DNA from: Eledone cirrhosa
Taxonomy: Eukaryota
Reading direction: 5' to 3'
Assembly: GCA_964016885.1 (NCBI GenBank)
Contig: OZ024740.1
Span: 303,428,001 to 303,492,000, forward strand
DNA length: 64,000 nt
Of the stretch, positions 41,601-56,700 are shown in pieces (the first letter of the stretch is position 1; the number at the start of each line of letters is the position of its first letter). The notes under the pieces are model-generated. The model was given only the letters and a program-made list of their open reading frames with translations, did no database searches and was not told where the DNA came from. Position numbers and translations under genes: made by a program.

Positions 41601-44600
41601 TCTTTTTTGTGATATGTTCCATGTAGGAAATTCCTAGGATTCTTCTATAGCATCTCATCTCCACTGTTTGGATCTTTCTTTGCAGTTATGTTGCCAAAGT
41701 CCATGACTCGCATGCGTATAGAAAGATGGATAAGACCAACGCACATAGGAGTTACATAAATGATGATGAAATATCAAATATATAAATGAAGAGGGAAACA
41801 GTACAGATAAGAATTATAAAAGTAGATTAAAAATATTTTATATATTATTGTCTAGCCATATTGATATGCTAAATGCTTGTTCGTTCATTAACCCTTTTGA
41901 TACCAACTTGCCTACAACCAGCTCCGATTCTATGAAACAAAACCATCCAAATTTGTTATAAAGAACCTTTTAAGCTGTGTTACAAATACCATCTTAATAT
42001 TTAAATAATAATTTTAATAAATCCATTCAAATTGTTCATTAGTTAATTTAAATAGAGAGATCAAGAAAGACCTGGGCAGAGGTTGTGAGAGCTGACCTTA
42101 AATCACTGTGACTCACAGAGGAAATGACAAAGGATCGTGATGAGTGGAGAGATGCCATGCTGAGAAGGACCCGGCCAAAGCATAGAAGAATGAATGAAAA
42201 AACAATGATGAAGATGATGATGTATATCATTAGAAAAATGGTAATGAAAGGGTTAAAGTATATTACATATGAGTTTAATACCATGTATGGTAAGTATTAC
42301 AGAATATATAAGAAGTACACATTGTATAAGATGGATGCATGTGTATGATAAGTTTAATGGTAAGTTGTGTTGCTTGAGCAAAACATTTCATTTCCCTGTG
42401 CTCCAGTTCACTCAGCTGATAAAATGAGTACTAAAAGCAGATGGGGTTAAATTTGCAACAGACTGGCATTTCATTCAAGTACACTCAGTCGTTTAACCCT
42501 TTAATGTTCAAACCAGCCAGAATTCTCTACCTCTTTCTGTTGAAACTGGCTGTAACCGGTCGCTCAAACTGATGTTAAGGTATTGTTCTCAAAATAAATA
42601 CTTTCAAAATCTCATAGATTCGATATTATGTGAGATATTATGTGAGGTAAAGCCTTTATTATCAAAATATAATAGTATATATAGAGTAATGTAAATGTTA
42701 TGCGAGATATTATGTAAGGTAAAGCCTTTACTATGAAAATATAATAGTATATATAGAGTAATGTAAATGTTATGCGAGATATTATGTGAGGTAAAGCCTT
42801 TACTATGGAAATATTATATATAGAGTAATGTAAATGTTGTGTGTGATAAGTATGTGAGATAAAGCCTTTACCATGAAAATATAATAGTATATATAGAGTA
42901 ATGTGAATGTTATGTGAGGTAAAGCCTTTACCATGAAAATATAATAGTATATATAGAGTAATGTAAATGTTGTGAGGTAACACCTTTACCATGAAAATAT
43001 AATATAATGTAAATGTTATGTGAGGTAAAGCCTTTACTATGAAAATATAATAGTATATATAGAGTAATGTAAATGATATGCGAGATATTATGTGAGGCAA
43101 AGCCTTTACTATGAAATTATAATAGTATATATAGAGTAATGTAAATGTTTTGTGAGATATTATGTGAGGTAAAGCCTTTACCATGAAAATATAATAGTAT
43201 ATATAGAGTAATGTAAATGTTATGTGAGGTAAAGCCTTTACCATGAAAATATAATAGTATATATAGAGTAATGTAAATGTTATGTGAGGTAAAGCCTTTA
43301 CCATGAAAATACAATAGGATATATAGAGTAATGTAAATGCTATGTGAGATATTATGTGAGGTAAAGCCTTTACCAATAAAATACAATAGTATATATAGAG
43401 TAATGTAAATGTTATGTAAGATATTATGTGAGGTAAAGCCTTTACCATGAAAATATAGTATATATAGGGTAATGTAAATGCTATGTGAGATATTATGTGA
43501 GGTAAAGCCTTTACCATGAAAATACAATAGTATATATAGAGTAATGTAAATGTTATGTGAGATAATATGTGAGGTAAAGCTTTTACTATGAAAATATAAT
43601 AGTATATATAGAGTAATGTAAATGTTATGTGAGATAATATGTGAGGTAAAGCTTTTACTATGAAAATATAATAGTATATATAGAGTAATGTAAATGTTAT
43701 GTGAGGTAAAGCCTTTACCATGAAAATACAATAGTATATATAGAGTAATGTAAATGGTATGTGAGGTAAAGCCTCTACCAATAAAATACAATAGTATATA
43801 TAGAGTAATGTAAATGTTATGTGAGGTAAAGCCTCGACCAATAAAATACAATAGTATCATCATCAACGTTTAACGTCCGTGTTCTACGCTTGCATGGGTT
43901 TGGACGGGGGTAGTCCCACTTGAAGCAAGAGTGATTGTCTTGCTCGCATAGGACTGTCTGGCAGGTTTTCTACAGTTGGATGCCCTTCCTAACACCAACC
44001 ACATTTACAGTGTGGGTCTGGGAGGTTTTTACCGTGTTGCCTACACGGCCACATTACAGCGTGGACTGTGTGTTTTTTTTGTCGTGACACCTACACGATC
44101 TCATTTGTTTCGGCCTGGATGGCGCGGCACCAACATAACTTTACATAGAATGGGGTGGTGTGGGTGGGGTGGGGGGGTATTTTGTTAGAGATGCCTACTG
44201 GCTGGAGTAGGTTTTACTATATATTTAGGTAAGGCGGGTCTTCTCTGTTACTGAGTACCGCCAAAGGTCTCGGTCCAGTGACATTGTCTTGGAGAGGTGT
44301 AAGTGTGTGATGTCGGAGTTTATCAGCTCGTCCCAGGTTTTTCTAGGTCTGCCTATTCCGTGACTACCGTCTATCTTTATTGCCCTGCACTTTGTTATAC
44401 AGCTATCGACTTTCATGCACATCACGTGTCCATACCAACGTAGCCTTCTCTCGAGTAAACAACATCTGATCCCTCTTATCTCTAATTTTTTCCTTAGTTC
44501 GTTTATGCTTTGCCGTTCACGTATATTACTGTTACACATCCAGCGGAGCATGCAAGCTTCGTTCCTCTCTAGTCTGCGTATATCCTCTGCACACAATGCC

Positions 44601-47600
44601 CAGGTCTCACTGCCATGCAACATTGCTGTTCGTATGCAGGCATCGTACAACCTGCCTTTCATTTTTAGGGAGAACCCTTTAGCAGCTAATAGTGGTATAA
44701 GCTCTCTGAACTTTTTCCAACCAGTTCTGACTCTAGCTACAGTACTTTCAGAGCACCCTCCCCCACTACTGATTTTATCGCCCAGGTAACGGAAGCTGTC
44801 CACTATTTCTATAGAACCCTCTGCGCAATTGAAAGAGCTAGTATTTTGGGGGCACTTGCTGCTACTTATTGCACCAGAACACCGGCCACATGTAAAATCT
44901 ATGTTCTTAGTTAGCTTACCTGTGATCCCACTACATCTTTTATGCACCCATACTTTGCATTTAGGACATAAAATGGAGTTTCTACCTACGCCTTTCCTAC
45001 ACACCGAGCACGACCATTTCCCAGAAGGGACCGCCGCCTTGTTTTCTTTCCTACAAACTAGAACTTTGGTCTTAGCCAGGTTAATTTTAAGTCCTTTTGA
45101 CTCTAGGCCGTGCTTCCATGTTTGGAATTTCTTCTCTAGTATATAAAGAGTAATGTAAATGCTATGTGAGATATTATGTGAGGTAAAGTCTTTACCATGA
45201 AAATACAATAGTATATATAGAGTAATGTAAATGTTATGTGAGGTAAAGCCTCTACCAATAAAATACAATAGTATATATAGAGTAATGTGAATGCTAAAGG
45301 GTTAATGCTAATGAAACTGGGATAATCACCAGACTGACGAGTCTCTGGGCTTGAGGCAGGCTTTAACGTTTTCATCTAAGTCAAAGAATATGAACTTTCA
45401 ACATCACAACTTTTGTCCATGGGGCACAGCTGAAACATTGCTCTGACCTAGGTGTAAAGTATCACTCTCTCCCCTTCCCCCTTTCTTTCTTTCTTTCTTT
45501 CTTTGTCTAGTAGTCCTTGCTCTCCCCCATCCTTTTCCTCTCATTTATGGCATTTCTAGTCCTTTTCGATGCTGCTTTCTTTTTCTGTATGTTTAAATTA
45601 ATTTATAATTATATCAACAATAAATTTTCTAATTGAAAAAAAATATTATAAAGTGTTTTATATTATTCCGCAATTACAATAATAGCAATATTTAAGACAT
45701 TGGCAGTATCGGTAGAGAGTCGGACGCCATGCTTTCCAGCATAGTTACGTCCCTTTACGATCTGAGTTCAAATCCCGCCGAGGTTGACTTTGCCTTTCAT
45801 CCTTACGGGGTCGATAAAATAAAGTACCAGTAATGCACTGGGTAGTTGCTGGCCTTGTGCCTAAAGTAGAAACAATTATAATTCCAACAATAACTAAATT
45901 TGAACCTTTATTAGGTTAAGTAAGAGATAATGAACAGAAATAAAAAAACTGATCAATTCCAATATAATGTAATTTCAACTGAAAACAATCTTTAAAGGAT
46001 TACATAAACTATAATTAAAATGGCATGTTGAAAAGTGGGCGGAACTAGATTAAGCAGCAAACATTTAATTTTTAATTAGTGAAAATTTCCTAATTCCATA
46101 AGATGAAAGAATTTCTTATGTACTTTTATATGGTTGAGTTGCTTAGCTACTAATAAGTATATTGTGTAATTGACAGCTGATTAAATGACAGGTAACAGAG
46201 ATAAAATATACTGAATATGAAGAGTGCTAAAAAATGACCAACAGAAAACAAAAAATAGATCAGATATGGGGACTAGCTGTTATTCAAACTAATCTAGCTG
46301 AACTAATCTTACAAAACTAATCTGAAAGGCTGGTTATAAGTGGTATAAAGATTACATTATTATGCAAGTAATTAGGAAATAAAACAATTTCCTCTTGTGT
46401 ATTTATCAACTCAAGTATGTAGAAACTGCATGTCAGCAGCCACACCAATTCATTGATTAGACAGCACCCTAAAATACTCAAAATGTCAAATTTCCCTCAA
46501 CTAAAGAATATCTGATTACTAAATGATTTCAAGACCTAATTAGTAAATAGTTTGATGATGCAAAGTGAATCTCCAACACGTGTACTACTTAACTAAGATC
46601 TTTATTTACGCAAGAATTTACTTTAATATATGCGTCAGGTGAGTTCATAGTGATACCTGTGATTAGAAATAAATAGATTTACATAGAATTGTTTACTTCA
46701 AAGTAAAGATACAGATATGATTATATTTGGGGATGGTCATTTTGCTAATTTTAGCAATAAAAACACAAGCACTATTCGATTTTCTCTTCGGCTATATCAT
46801 TAGTTATTAATTAGTTCATCAAAGATCTTTTGTCAAACTCTGTGACCTCCTCAATGACATTTGTTTTGTCTTCTTTTGGCGTAAACGGATCTCCAACTGA
46901 TCAGACTGGATCCCCAGAGAAAACATGCCAAGCTCAGGGATGTTATCTAACCATCTTGCTCGAGGTCTACCTCTGTGTCTCCTGCCAGTAGGTTTTGCCC
47001 ATAAATACTGTCCAGTGATTCTTTCCTGAGACATTCTAACCATATGCCTATAGTATCGGAGCTGTGGTCTCACAATTCGGAGAAGTAGCAGCTCTACGTC
47101 GAGTGACTGTCTGAGCTAAGCACTATCAATTAACATTACTCCAAAGACCCTTCAGAGGAACCCCATTTTGGCTGCTTGAATTTGCGATCATATTCTTTCG
47201 ATCATTAACCAAGATTCATGACCACAGGTAAGGGTTGGCACAAATACCAAAATGGAGATAGCGAGTTTGGCTTTTACACCCACATCCCTTCTTCTCATTA
47301 CCGAATGCTGAAGTTGGCACATTACTGTACCAGCTCCTGCACTGAATTCAGAAGAAGCAGTTAACAAAATTGAAAAGACAGAGAGAGAGAGAGAACGGTG
47401 ATTAACTCCCTTCGCCAGTGTTTGAACTGTATGGGTGGAAGACACTTCTAAAATTTGTTTATATTCTTTCTCTTTTTTACCAAAAGTTTTTTATTTTATT
47501 TTATTTATCTATGTACATTTTATTTACCAATGTATATATTTTAAAAACTAAAAATATCAATGACCATTGTCAGAAGCCCTCTTAACTTCTGTAGTATTAA

Positions 47601-50600
47601 ATACAATGATTAATACCCTTTAGTGACCAACCCAGCCAAAACCGGCTCTGATTCTATGAAATAAAATCACCCATTTTAGAAGTTTACAATTTAAATTAAA
47701 CTCTTCCAATGTAATTTTATATAAGAACATTACATTAAATTACTATCTTAGTCATAAAATAATTAATAACTTTAGTAAATCCCTCAAAATTCTTCATTAA
47801 TTAATTAAAATAGAGTGTATTTCACAAGAAATGTGGTCATGAAATGGTTAAAAATCAGTCATTTCGTGAGAACAAAGAAGAGATTAGAATAGAATAAAAG
47901 AAATAAACTGTAACAGGTCAATGCCATTGACAGATTTGAAATAGACCGATGGTGTTATAGGTCATATTACATCAATAAATATTTACAATAAAGTACTGCT
48001 GACATTTAGTACAGATTGTATCATCATAATCTATAAAGCTCAGTGTGTGGTCATGCTCTTTCGTTATAGAAATCTACGATATAGAATTTCTTCAATTGAA
48101 ATTTACAATTCAGTACTCGAAATAGCTTCGATTGCGTCTTGACGCAGATAATTTTTTCAATTTCACCCACAATTACGCAAAAAATAGATAAAACTCAATA
48201 TTTTACGATTTTTCTCTCTCATTTAAACTGCTGAACTCTTTCTACTACCATTCAAAATCTATACAACTTCATACTTTCTGCTACTTTCTCTTTCCAAGCT
48301 TGATGGTGATACTGTCCGTTCACACCACTCCCTACTGTCTTAAATTTAGAAAACACATATCCTCTATGAGGTTACTAAACCTGCTAGAAACAGCAGCTAA
48401 CTCTCCCCCATATCACACCCCTCCCTACTGTCTTAAATTTAGAAAACATATCTTCTATGAGGTCACTAAACCTGTTAGAAACAGCAGCTAACTCTCCCCC
48501 ATATCACACCACTCCCTACTGTCTTAAATTTAGAAAACACATATCCTCTGAGGTCACTAAACCTGCTAGAAACAACAGCTAACTCTCCCTCATATCACAA
48601 CCCTCCCTACTGTCTTAAATTTAGAAAACACACAGACAACCATGCAGAACAACTCCATTGCAGCTCTGTTGTTCGGTTGGCATCGTCTACGCGCGTGTTG
48701 CGCAAGTACTGTGAAACAATAAATTTCAACACGTTTTTGCAGAGATAATATCCATAGGCGAAACTACAATTGTCACTGCTGGCGCAGACAAAAAAGTGCT
48801 GCCATAAAATGGGTGGTGCAACCTAACTTTGTTAACTTAATGACCCCGAGCAACGCCGGGCTTTAATGCTAGTCTGGTGATATTACCACATATTTTAATC
48901 AGCAGCTTCATGAAACTAATGCATAAAAATTCCAAACAAATTTTAAGCAACAATCTAGTGCTGGTGATCTGCACAATAAAAGCACCCAGTAGATGCTGTA
49001 AAGTGGTTGGTGATAGGAATGGCACTCAGCCATAGAAAGCTTGCCAAATAAAGGGTTGGGAGGTGCCTCCAGTTGTGTCAAAGACGTGACATCCTCTCTA
49101 GTGTTGGTGATCTACACAAACTCACTTAGTACACATTGTACAGTAGTTGGTGATAGGAAGGGCATCTAGCCATAGAAAGCTTGCCAAATAAAAGGTTGGG
49201 AGGAGCCTCCAGTTGTGTCAAAGACGTGACAACCTCTCTAGTGCTGGTGATCTACACAACCTCACTTAGTACACATTGTACAGTAGTTGGTGATAGGAAG
49301 GGCATCCAGCCATAGAAAGCTTACCAAATAAAAAGTTGGGAGGAGCTTCCTTTTGTGTCAAAGATCTGACAACCTCTCTAGTGTTTGTTCCACAATAAAA
49401 TGCACTTGGTAGAATGCAGAAGTGTATGTGCGATATAAACCCCCAGCTTGTCTGGGAGGACAGTGGCCCTGCTTCAGTACTGACTCCATCTGTGAAGACC
49501 CATCTAGCTCTTGCTAGCAAGAAAAGTGGACATTAAATAATGATTTTTAGGAAGAATTAAGTTGATGAAAATGGAACAGTTGGAGGAAAACCAAACTTCC
49601 ATTCAGAGTTTCAAATTTTTAAGTCCTATTGAAATCAATTTTAATTTGGATTTCACTTTTAATTTAATTTCATTAAATTAAAAAGATATGAAAATACAGG
49701 GGACAGACCTAACTGACTATCCTCACTCTCTTCCTTTCCCTCTCTCATGCATTCAAAACATTGGTTATTGAGTTTAACCCTTTAGCGTTTACATTTCTTT
49801 ATATATACTATTGTATTTTTGTGGTAAAGGATTTACCTTACATAATTATCTCAAATAATATCGAATCTATGAGATTTTGATGTTATTTATTTTGAGAATA
49901 ATACCTTAACATCAGTATGAGTAGCCAGTTACAACTGGTTTGAACAGAAAGAGGTGAGAGAATTCTGGCCAGATACGGCCAGTTAAAATGTTAAAAGGTT
50001 AAAGGATTAATGTATAAATATTTCATCATGTTAAGTTACTCACAGGTCTCGAATAATCACCCCACCCATCCCTTATTAATTTTTCAGATTTTTTCTAACC
50101 CCACCACTCTTATTCCAAGAGGAAACCACAGATCTTTGTTGTATATATCCTGTTATCCTCTTGGTGGGAGATATTAATATAGTGCATCAATTCAAGGCAT
50201 GTGGCTTAGTGGTTAGAGCATTAAGCTCACAATTGTACGGTTGTGAGTTTGAACTCTGGACCAGGCAGCATATTATGTTGTGTTCTTGAACAAAACACTT
50301 TATTTCATGTTACACCAGTTCACTCAGTTGTAGAAATGAGGTGCGGCATCACTAGTGCCAAGCTGTATAAGCCTTTACCTTTCTCTTGAACAACATTGGT
50401 GGCATGGAGAAGGGAGACTGACATGCATGGGCGACTGCTGGCCTTCCACAAACACACTTTGCAGGGGAACTTTCTGAGTGCAAAACTATGGTCATTTGTG
50501 ACCAAAGGTGGCCTATGATATGAAATACAAATACAGCTGATGACTGTTCTTCTTAAAATAAGACATTTCTGCCCCAAAACAGCATAGGTAAGTAGTTAGT

Positions 50601-53600
50601 GCGAGAAGAAAATAAATATCTTACAATGAAAGAAATATTCCAAAAATCCTTTCAAAGTATAAATTTTAAAATCATCAATTTTAGGATGGAAAATAGTATG
50701 TTAAATTAAGAAAAAAAAAGAAAACAAAAATTCTTATAAATAATTGTTTCTACTTTTGGCACAAGGCCAGCAATTATCCCAGTACATTACTGGTGCTTTA
50801 TTTTATCGACCCCATAAGGATGAAAGGCAAAGTTAACCACTGCGGGATTTGAACCCAGACCGTAAAGGGCCGTAACTCTATGCAGCAAAGCATTTCAACC
50901 TTCTACTCATGCTGCCAATCCACGCTGTAAAGTGGTCATATAGGTGACACGATAAAAAGCACCCAGTCCACTCTGTAAATGTGGTTGGCATTAGGAAAGG
51001 CATCCAGCCATAGAAACCAAGCCAAAATCAGTCTAGTTTGAGCAAGACACAGTCATCTGATCTGGCTTCACTCACAATGGAACAACTTGTCTAACTCATG
51101 CTAGCGTGAAAAATGGACGTTAATCCTTTCATGACCACATACATTTCTAATGAAATACACCAGATTTTAATTAATGAAGAATTTTGAGGGATTTACTAAA
51201 ATTATTATTTCATTACTAAGATAGTAACTTAAGAACATAAGGTTCTTATATAAAATTATGTTGCAAGATTTTAATTTAAATTGGAAATTTTTTAAATAGG
51301 TGATTTTATTTCATAGAACCAGAGCTGGTTTTGGCCGAGTATGTAACTAAAAGGTTAATGTTTAAAACAAGTGATTTTGTTTCATAGAACCAGAGTGGTT
51401 TTGGGTGGGTTAGTAACTAGAGGGTTAATCTTTGAAACGGGTGCTTTTATTTCATAGAACCAGAGCCAGATTTGGTCAGGTTGGTAAGAAAAGGGTTAAG
51501 GAAGAAAAACAAAACAAATTCTTATAAATAATGACAAATAAAAGTAAATTAGCACATCAATAAGTATTGTTAAAACTATCTTATATTCAGACATCACATA
51601 TACATTGACCATCAGAAAATCAAAAAATATCTTCATCAAATTCACTACCATCAAATTCTCTTCAGTCCCAACCCATTCATATTTACATATTCTGGTTTAT
51701 TGCCAAGAACACATCAACCAATTTTCATGAATCATTTTACTTGCCATTCCTCAATTCTAAAAGGTTCTATTAGCAGATTGTTTGATTCATTCTTCACACC
51801 TATCTCCTAATGATCATTACTCACCAGGTATCTGGATCTATGGTCACTATGTTACAGATTCTCCACTGCCTCATTACCTACAAAACATCTGGTTCTAATA
51901 AAAAAAAACATTCCATTCCTCACCTTCAAACATTGTTCACCTGAGTTGGCTTTCAGAATCACCATCAATATAAGATATCTCTCTCTCTCTCTCTCTCTCC
52001 ATTAACTTCAAAATATAAAATCTTGTAGCCTCACTTCCTCACAAATGTATAATGTCTAATTTAGCTAATTGGTGGGGGGAGGGGGGCACATGACTGGCAG
52101 AATTGATAGAGTGCGTTGTGGTATTTATTTACATCCCTTTATATTTTGTTTGAATCCTAATGAGGTCAATAAAATTAGCCCCATTCAAATGTCGACATAG
52201 GTTTAATCAATATATGAATAAAATTTCATGACAATATTGATTCCTTCTCTAGATCATCTATCTACTATTTGATTAGTTTAAGTCATTGAACTATGGCCAT
52301 GCTGGGCTTTCTAGAGTTAGTTAATAATAAAGATGCCAATATTTATCAAAGTGAGAAACCTCTTCTTTGCCCAACTCGCTCGGGGTCTACAGCTCGGTCT
52401 TCTGCCGGTTGGTTTTGGCTGTAAAATCTGTCCAGCAATTCTTTCATGAGACATTCTAAGCACATATTCATAATATCAGAGCTGTGGAGACGTAGTGGCT
52501 CTACCTGGAACAACCCTCTGATCTACGCACTCTATCGAGTAACGTTACTCCAAAGACCCTTTGGAAGAAACCTATTTCAGCTGCTTGTATTCGCAATTGT
52601 ATTCTTTCGATCATTACCCAAGATTCATGACCGTAAGTAAGGATTGGCATGAACACCAAATTAAAGATAGTGAGTTTGGCTTTTACACCTACCTCCCTTC
52701 TTCTGATTACTGAATGCTGAAGTTGGCGCATCACTGCACTAGCTCCTGCAAAAACACTATTTGTTCATCTGAAGTCAGATTCCAGCTTAACCACAATGTC
52801 TTAACTTTAAATGCTTTTATTGTCTCTGCTGCAACTTTTTGTGCCCACTTATACTGCAAGTGCAAGAAGGAGGAATTATTTCCAAGCCAATCAAAGAGAT
52901 CAAAGACAATATAATTAATTATTGATCTCTGTCCCTGATTCTCCTTATACTATGTATATTTATGGATGTCTCTGTGCTGGAAGCTGTTCATAATAGAGCG
53001 TCCATTACTGGAACAGAAGACTAGATCAGGATTGCCATTCCTTCCAATCATCCCATTCCATATCCGGTGGTCAGTGCCAACATGTGCATTGAAGTTTCCT
53101 ATCAGGATATATAACTCAACCTTAATTACATCTAATACTGCAGAGACTTCAAGTAAAGATTTCTATTCTGGAACTCTGTTTGGCACATAAACTTGCACCA
53201 TCAACTTTCAGCCTAAGCTTCAAGAGGCAAATTCTCCCTCCTAATCGTATCCAGTCCATAACACATTCAGACAGCCTAGGGGCTTGTGAGTATCCCCACT
53301 CTCGCCTGTGCATTCATTTCTGGTGTCACACCTGAATAATAGAGTTTCCATCCTCCATCCAAATCCACAGTGCCAGACCCATGGAACTTTGTTGGGGAAA
53401 CTCTGACTAAATATAACTAGTAACATCTGGCCTCCTCCACTAGTTCCTGCTCTTTGCATGTAAAGGTTGTAATGTTCCAGTTACAAGGTTTGTTCCCTTC
53501 CGGACCTTCTCTGGATCTCGGGATACGTAATCTTTATGCTTCCATCCCATGCTCCCCAGGACATGTCATAGGCCAATCATCAGTTCTTGCAGTATGAGGT

Positions 53601-53720
53601 GGAGACAGCAATATATCTTTTTAACAAGCCTAGGAAATATCAATGTGAGTAGAATTTTCATCCAAATAACACCAATGCTCTACCGGCTCTGCCATCTACC
53701 AATTTATATACACACACACA

Positions 53721-53755
<35 letters not shown>

Positions 53756-56700
53756 CATCATCATCATATACATATATATATATGCTTGCACAGAGAGAGA
53801 GAGATGTGCATGTATGTAGGAATAGTTATAAGTGAGAAAAAGCAACGAAGCAAAACTGTATTTTTAGCTGCAGCTATTCCTGGTACTACTTCTGATACTT
53901 TTAATATTTGCATGTGTCTAACTCTTGCCAACTTTTCTTTTCTTTTTGTGCAATTTTGTTCTCAACATTATCTTGGTGAACTGAGACCTTAATGTTCATA
54001 GTTAATGCATTAAGAAAGTCTTAGAGGAGAGCATACATTGCATAATATAGCAATGTGTGGCAGATTGTTGAAATATGGCACTGGTTTAACAACCAGATAG
54101 GTGTATAAACAACTATCAAGATAAATGCACAAGATTTGATTACTGCAGCTGCACTGTCAGAATGGGGTGAATGTTAAGAAGAGTTAGGAGAATTAACTCT
54201 TTCATTACCACATTTTTAATGAAAGATACTGCATATCTTCTTCTTCACCTATTTATTCCTGAGAGGGTCATGAGGGCTGAGACCTCAAACACTCCTTCCA
54301 CTGGGTCCTGTCAGAAGCAACTATCTCCTACTGATACGGCTGGATCCCCATCTTGCTCAGAGTCTCCCCTGGGTCTCCTGCCAGTTGATTTTGCCCGTAA
54401 AATCTGTCCAGTGATTATTTCCTGTCGAGACACTGCCTATGATTTTTAAATAATTTCAAAGCCAATCAAGAATTGAGACATTTATTTATATAACTAACTT
54501 TCTCATTATCAAACTGCTGTGATTCCCATATAAAATTATGATGGAAGAATTTTAGATAAATATAAGCACTTTAAAAGAAACAGCCTTGTATCATAGAATC
54601 AGAGGCAGTTTCAGGCAGTTTGGTATGAAAAAAGTCCAAGTAAATGAGGATGATGACTTGAGAGAAGAGTCAAGAGAGATTTCCTCAATGTCAAGAAATA
54701 TATAATTAGAGAATTGTTACAGATTAGAGTAAAGTGGTAAACAAAACAGAAGTATTTAGAGGAGTGGAGAAAGAAAGTGAATCAGAATAACTAGAAGTTT
54801 TTATTGCTGATATCCACGTGGGAAAGGTGAGTGGAATTCACATATGCTCAGACACCACCTTTCAGTGTAAAGTTTGAGTATAAGGTACAGCTGGAGAGCA
54901 TAGTTGGACTATAGATAAAGAGCAAAGAAAGACCTGGGCAGAGAGATTGTGAGAGCTGACCTCAAATCACTGAGACACACAGTGGAGATGACGAAGGAAC
55001 GCAATGAGTAGAGACATGCCTTGCTGAGAAGAACCTGTCCAACCCATGCAAGTGTGGAAAAACAGACAAAAGCGATGATGATATATATATCATCAACGTT
55101 TAACGTCCGTGTTCCACGCTTGCATGGGTTTGGACGAGGGTATTCCCACTTGAGGCAAGAGCGATTGTCTTGCTCGCATAGGACTGTCTGGCAGGTTTTC
55201 TACAGTTGGATGCCCTTCCTAACACCAACCACATTTACAGTGTGGGTCTGGGAGGTTTTTACCGTGTTGCCTACACGGCCACATTACAGCGTGGACTGTG
55301 TGTTTTTTTGTCATGACACCTACACGATCTCATTTGTTTCAGCCTGGATGGCGCGGCACCAACATATATATATATATATATATATATATGGAGAGATGTC
55401 TATATCTATAGATCCCGTTAGCCAATTAATAACATTCAAAATATTTAATTTAATGAACAAAAGTTATCCAATGATAGAAATATTAAAAAAGAAGGGCAGA
55501 TCTGGCTGTATAGGAAAGTAAATGCCATAAATTGGAGAAAAAGGAAGGGAAGAGCAAAGACTATTAGGCAACAAAAAAAAAGGGGGAAGGGGAGAGGGTG
55601 ACAGATTCTACACCTAGGTAGGAGTGGAGGTCTGTGATGATATGATACATAATATTCTATTCATCTGTATCTCATTCATTTAACTCCTGCTTGCTATCTT
55701 GCTTCAATTGGTCATTCTAATTTTACTACTAGGTAAACTATAATAAGCAAAATAAATCAGTGTATTCAGTACTGAATCACCACCTCATATACCTTCAGGT
55801 CAACTCTTAAGCCTTTCATGACTGCATTTCTAATGAAATACACTCCATTTCAATCAATAAATGAAGAATCTTGAGAGATTTACTAAAATTATTAATTATT
55901 TCATTACTAAGATAATAATTTAATGAAAGTTTGATATATAGAATTATATTAATTTAAATTTAAAATGGGTGGTTTTAAATCATAGAACCAAAGTTGGTTT
56001 TGGCCAGGTTGGTAACTTTTAAACCGACCATATTCGACCAGAATTCTCTCACCTCTTTCTGTTCAACTGGCTACTCATACTAACGTTAAAGTGTTGTTCA
56101 CGAAATAAATAATTTTAAAATCTCGTAGATTCGATATTATGTGAGAGATAAAGCCTTTTCTGTGAAAATACAATAGTATAGTAATGTAAATGCTAAAGAG
56201 TTAAGCAGGCATTGTATTATTTATTTGGACATTAATACTACACATCTTACTTCACCTCCTTGTTGGAAATAAGCTATTTCAGAGAATATAATCTGTGATA
56301 ATACTATGCTAGAAATAACAGCCAAGGGTGGACTAATCTCTCTCAAATTATACTGTATTGGCTATAAGCATTGGCTAGAGGCTCTTGATATATTTTCTAG
56401 ATTAGCCTAATTTTATCTCTAATACATCCTGACCCACCTAAAGTAGTCTATTTTGTAGAGATCTCAAATTGTAGGTTCATTGAATCTCTAAACAGTTCTT
56501 TCTGAAAGACCATATCAACCAACACACTTACTCTAGGGTCTCACATAATTGTTTCTACTTTTTGAACAAGGCCAGCAATTATCCAGTACATTACTGGTAC
56601 TTTATTTTATCGACCCCATAAGGATGCAAGGCAAAGTTAACCTTGGCGGGATTTGAACTCAGACCATAAAGGGCTGTAACTCTTTGCTGCAAAGCATGGC

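Larger units (their letters stand above)
42493..45305. mobile_element. TTAA-flanked piggyBac-like MITE with internal tandem expansion and nested LINE
   Basis: ttaa-cccttt...aaaggg-ttaa ends; unexpanded relatives at 49774-50002 (inverted) and ~56015-56204. Confidence 0.8.

Noticed and set aside
42623-43857. CRISPR-like array
   Set aside because: Units are contiguous with no unique spacers, the context is eukaryotic, and there are no cas genes.
42612-43866. 409-aa and 249-aa hydrophobic repetitive ORFs
   Set aside because: They are translations of the stop-poor 60/72-bp satellite in two frames, with no independent coding evidence.
44225-45268. Novel fusion protein with a satellite-derived N-terminus and RT C-terminus
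   Set aside because: A chance in-frame junction of a 5'-truncated LINE with satellite sequence; it lacks the RT catalytic core.
45310-45360. Hammerhead ribozyme (gaaac...ctgacgag)
   Set aside because: Core elements are not arranged with a valid NUH cleavage triplet and stems I/II.
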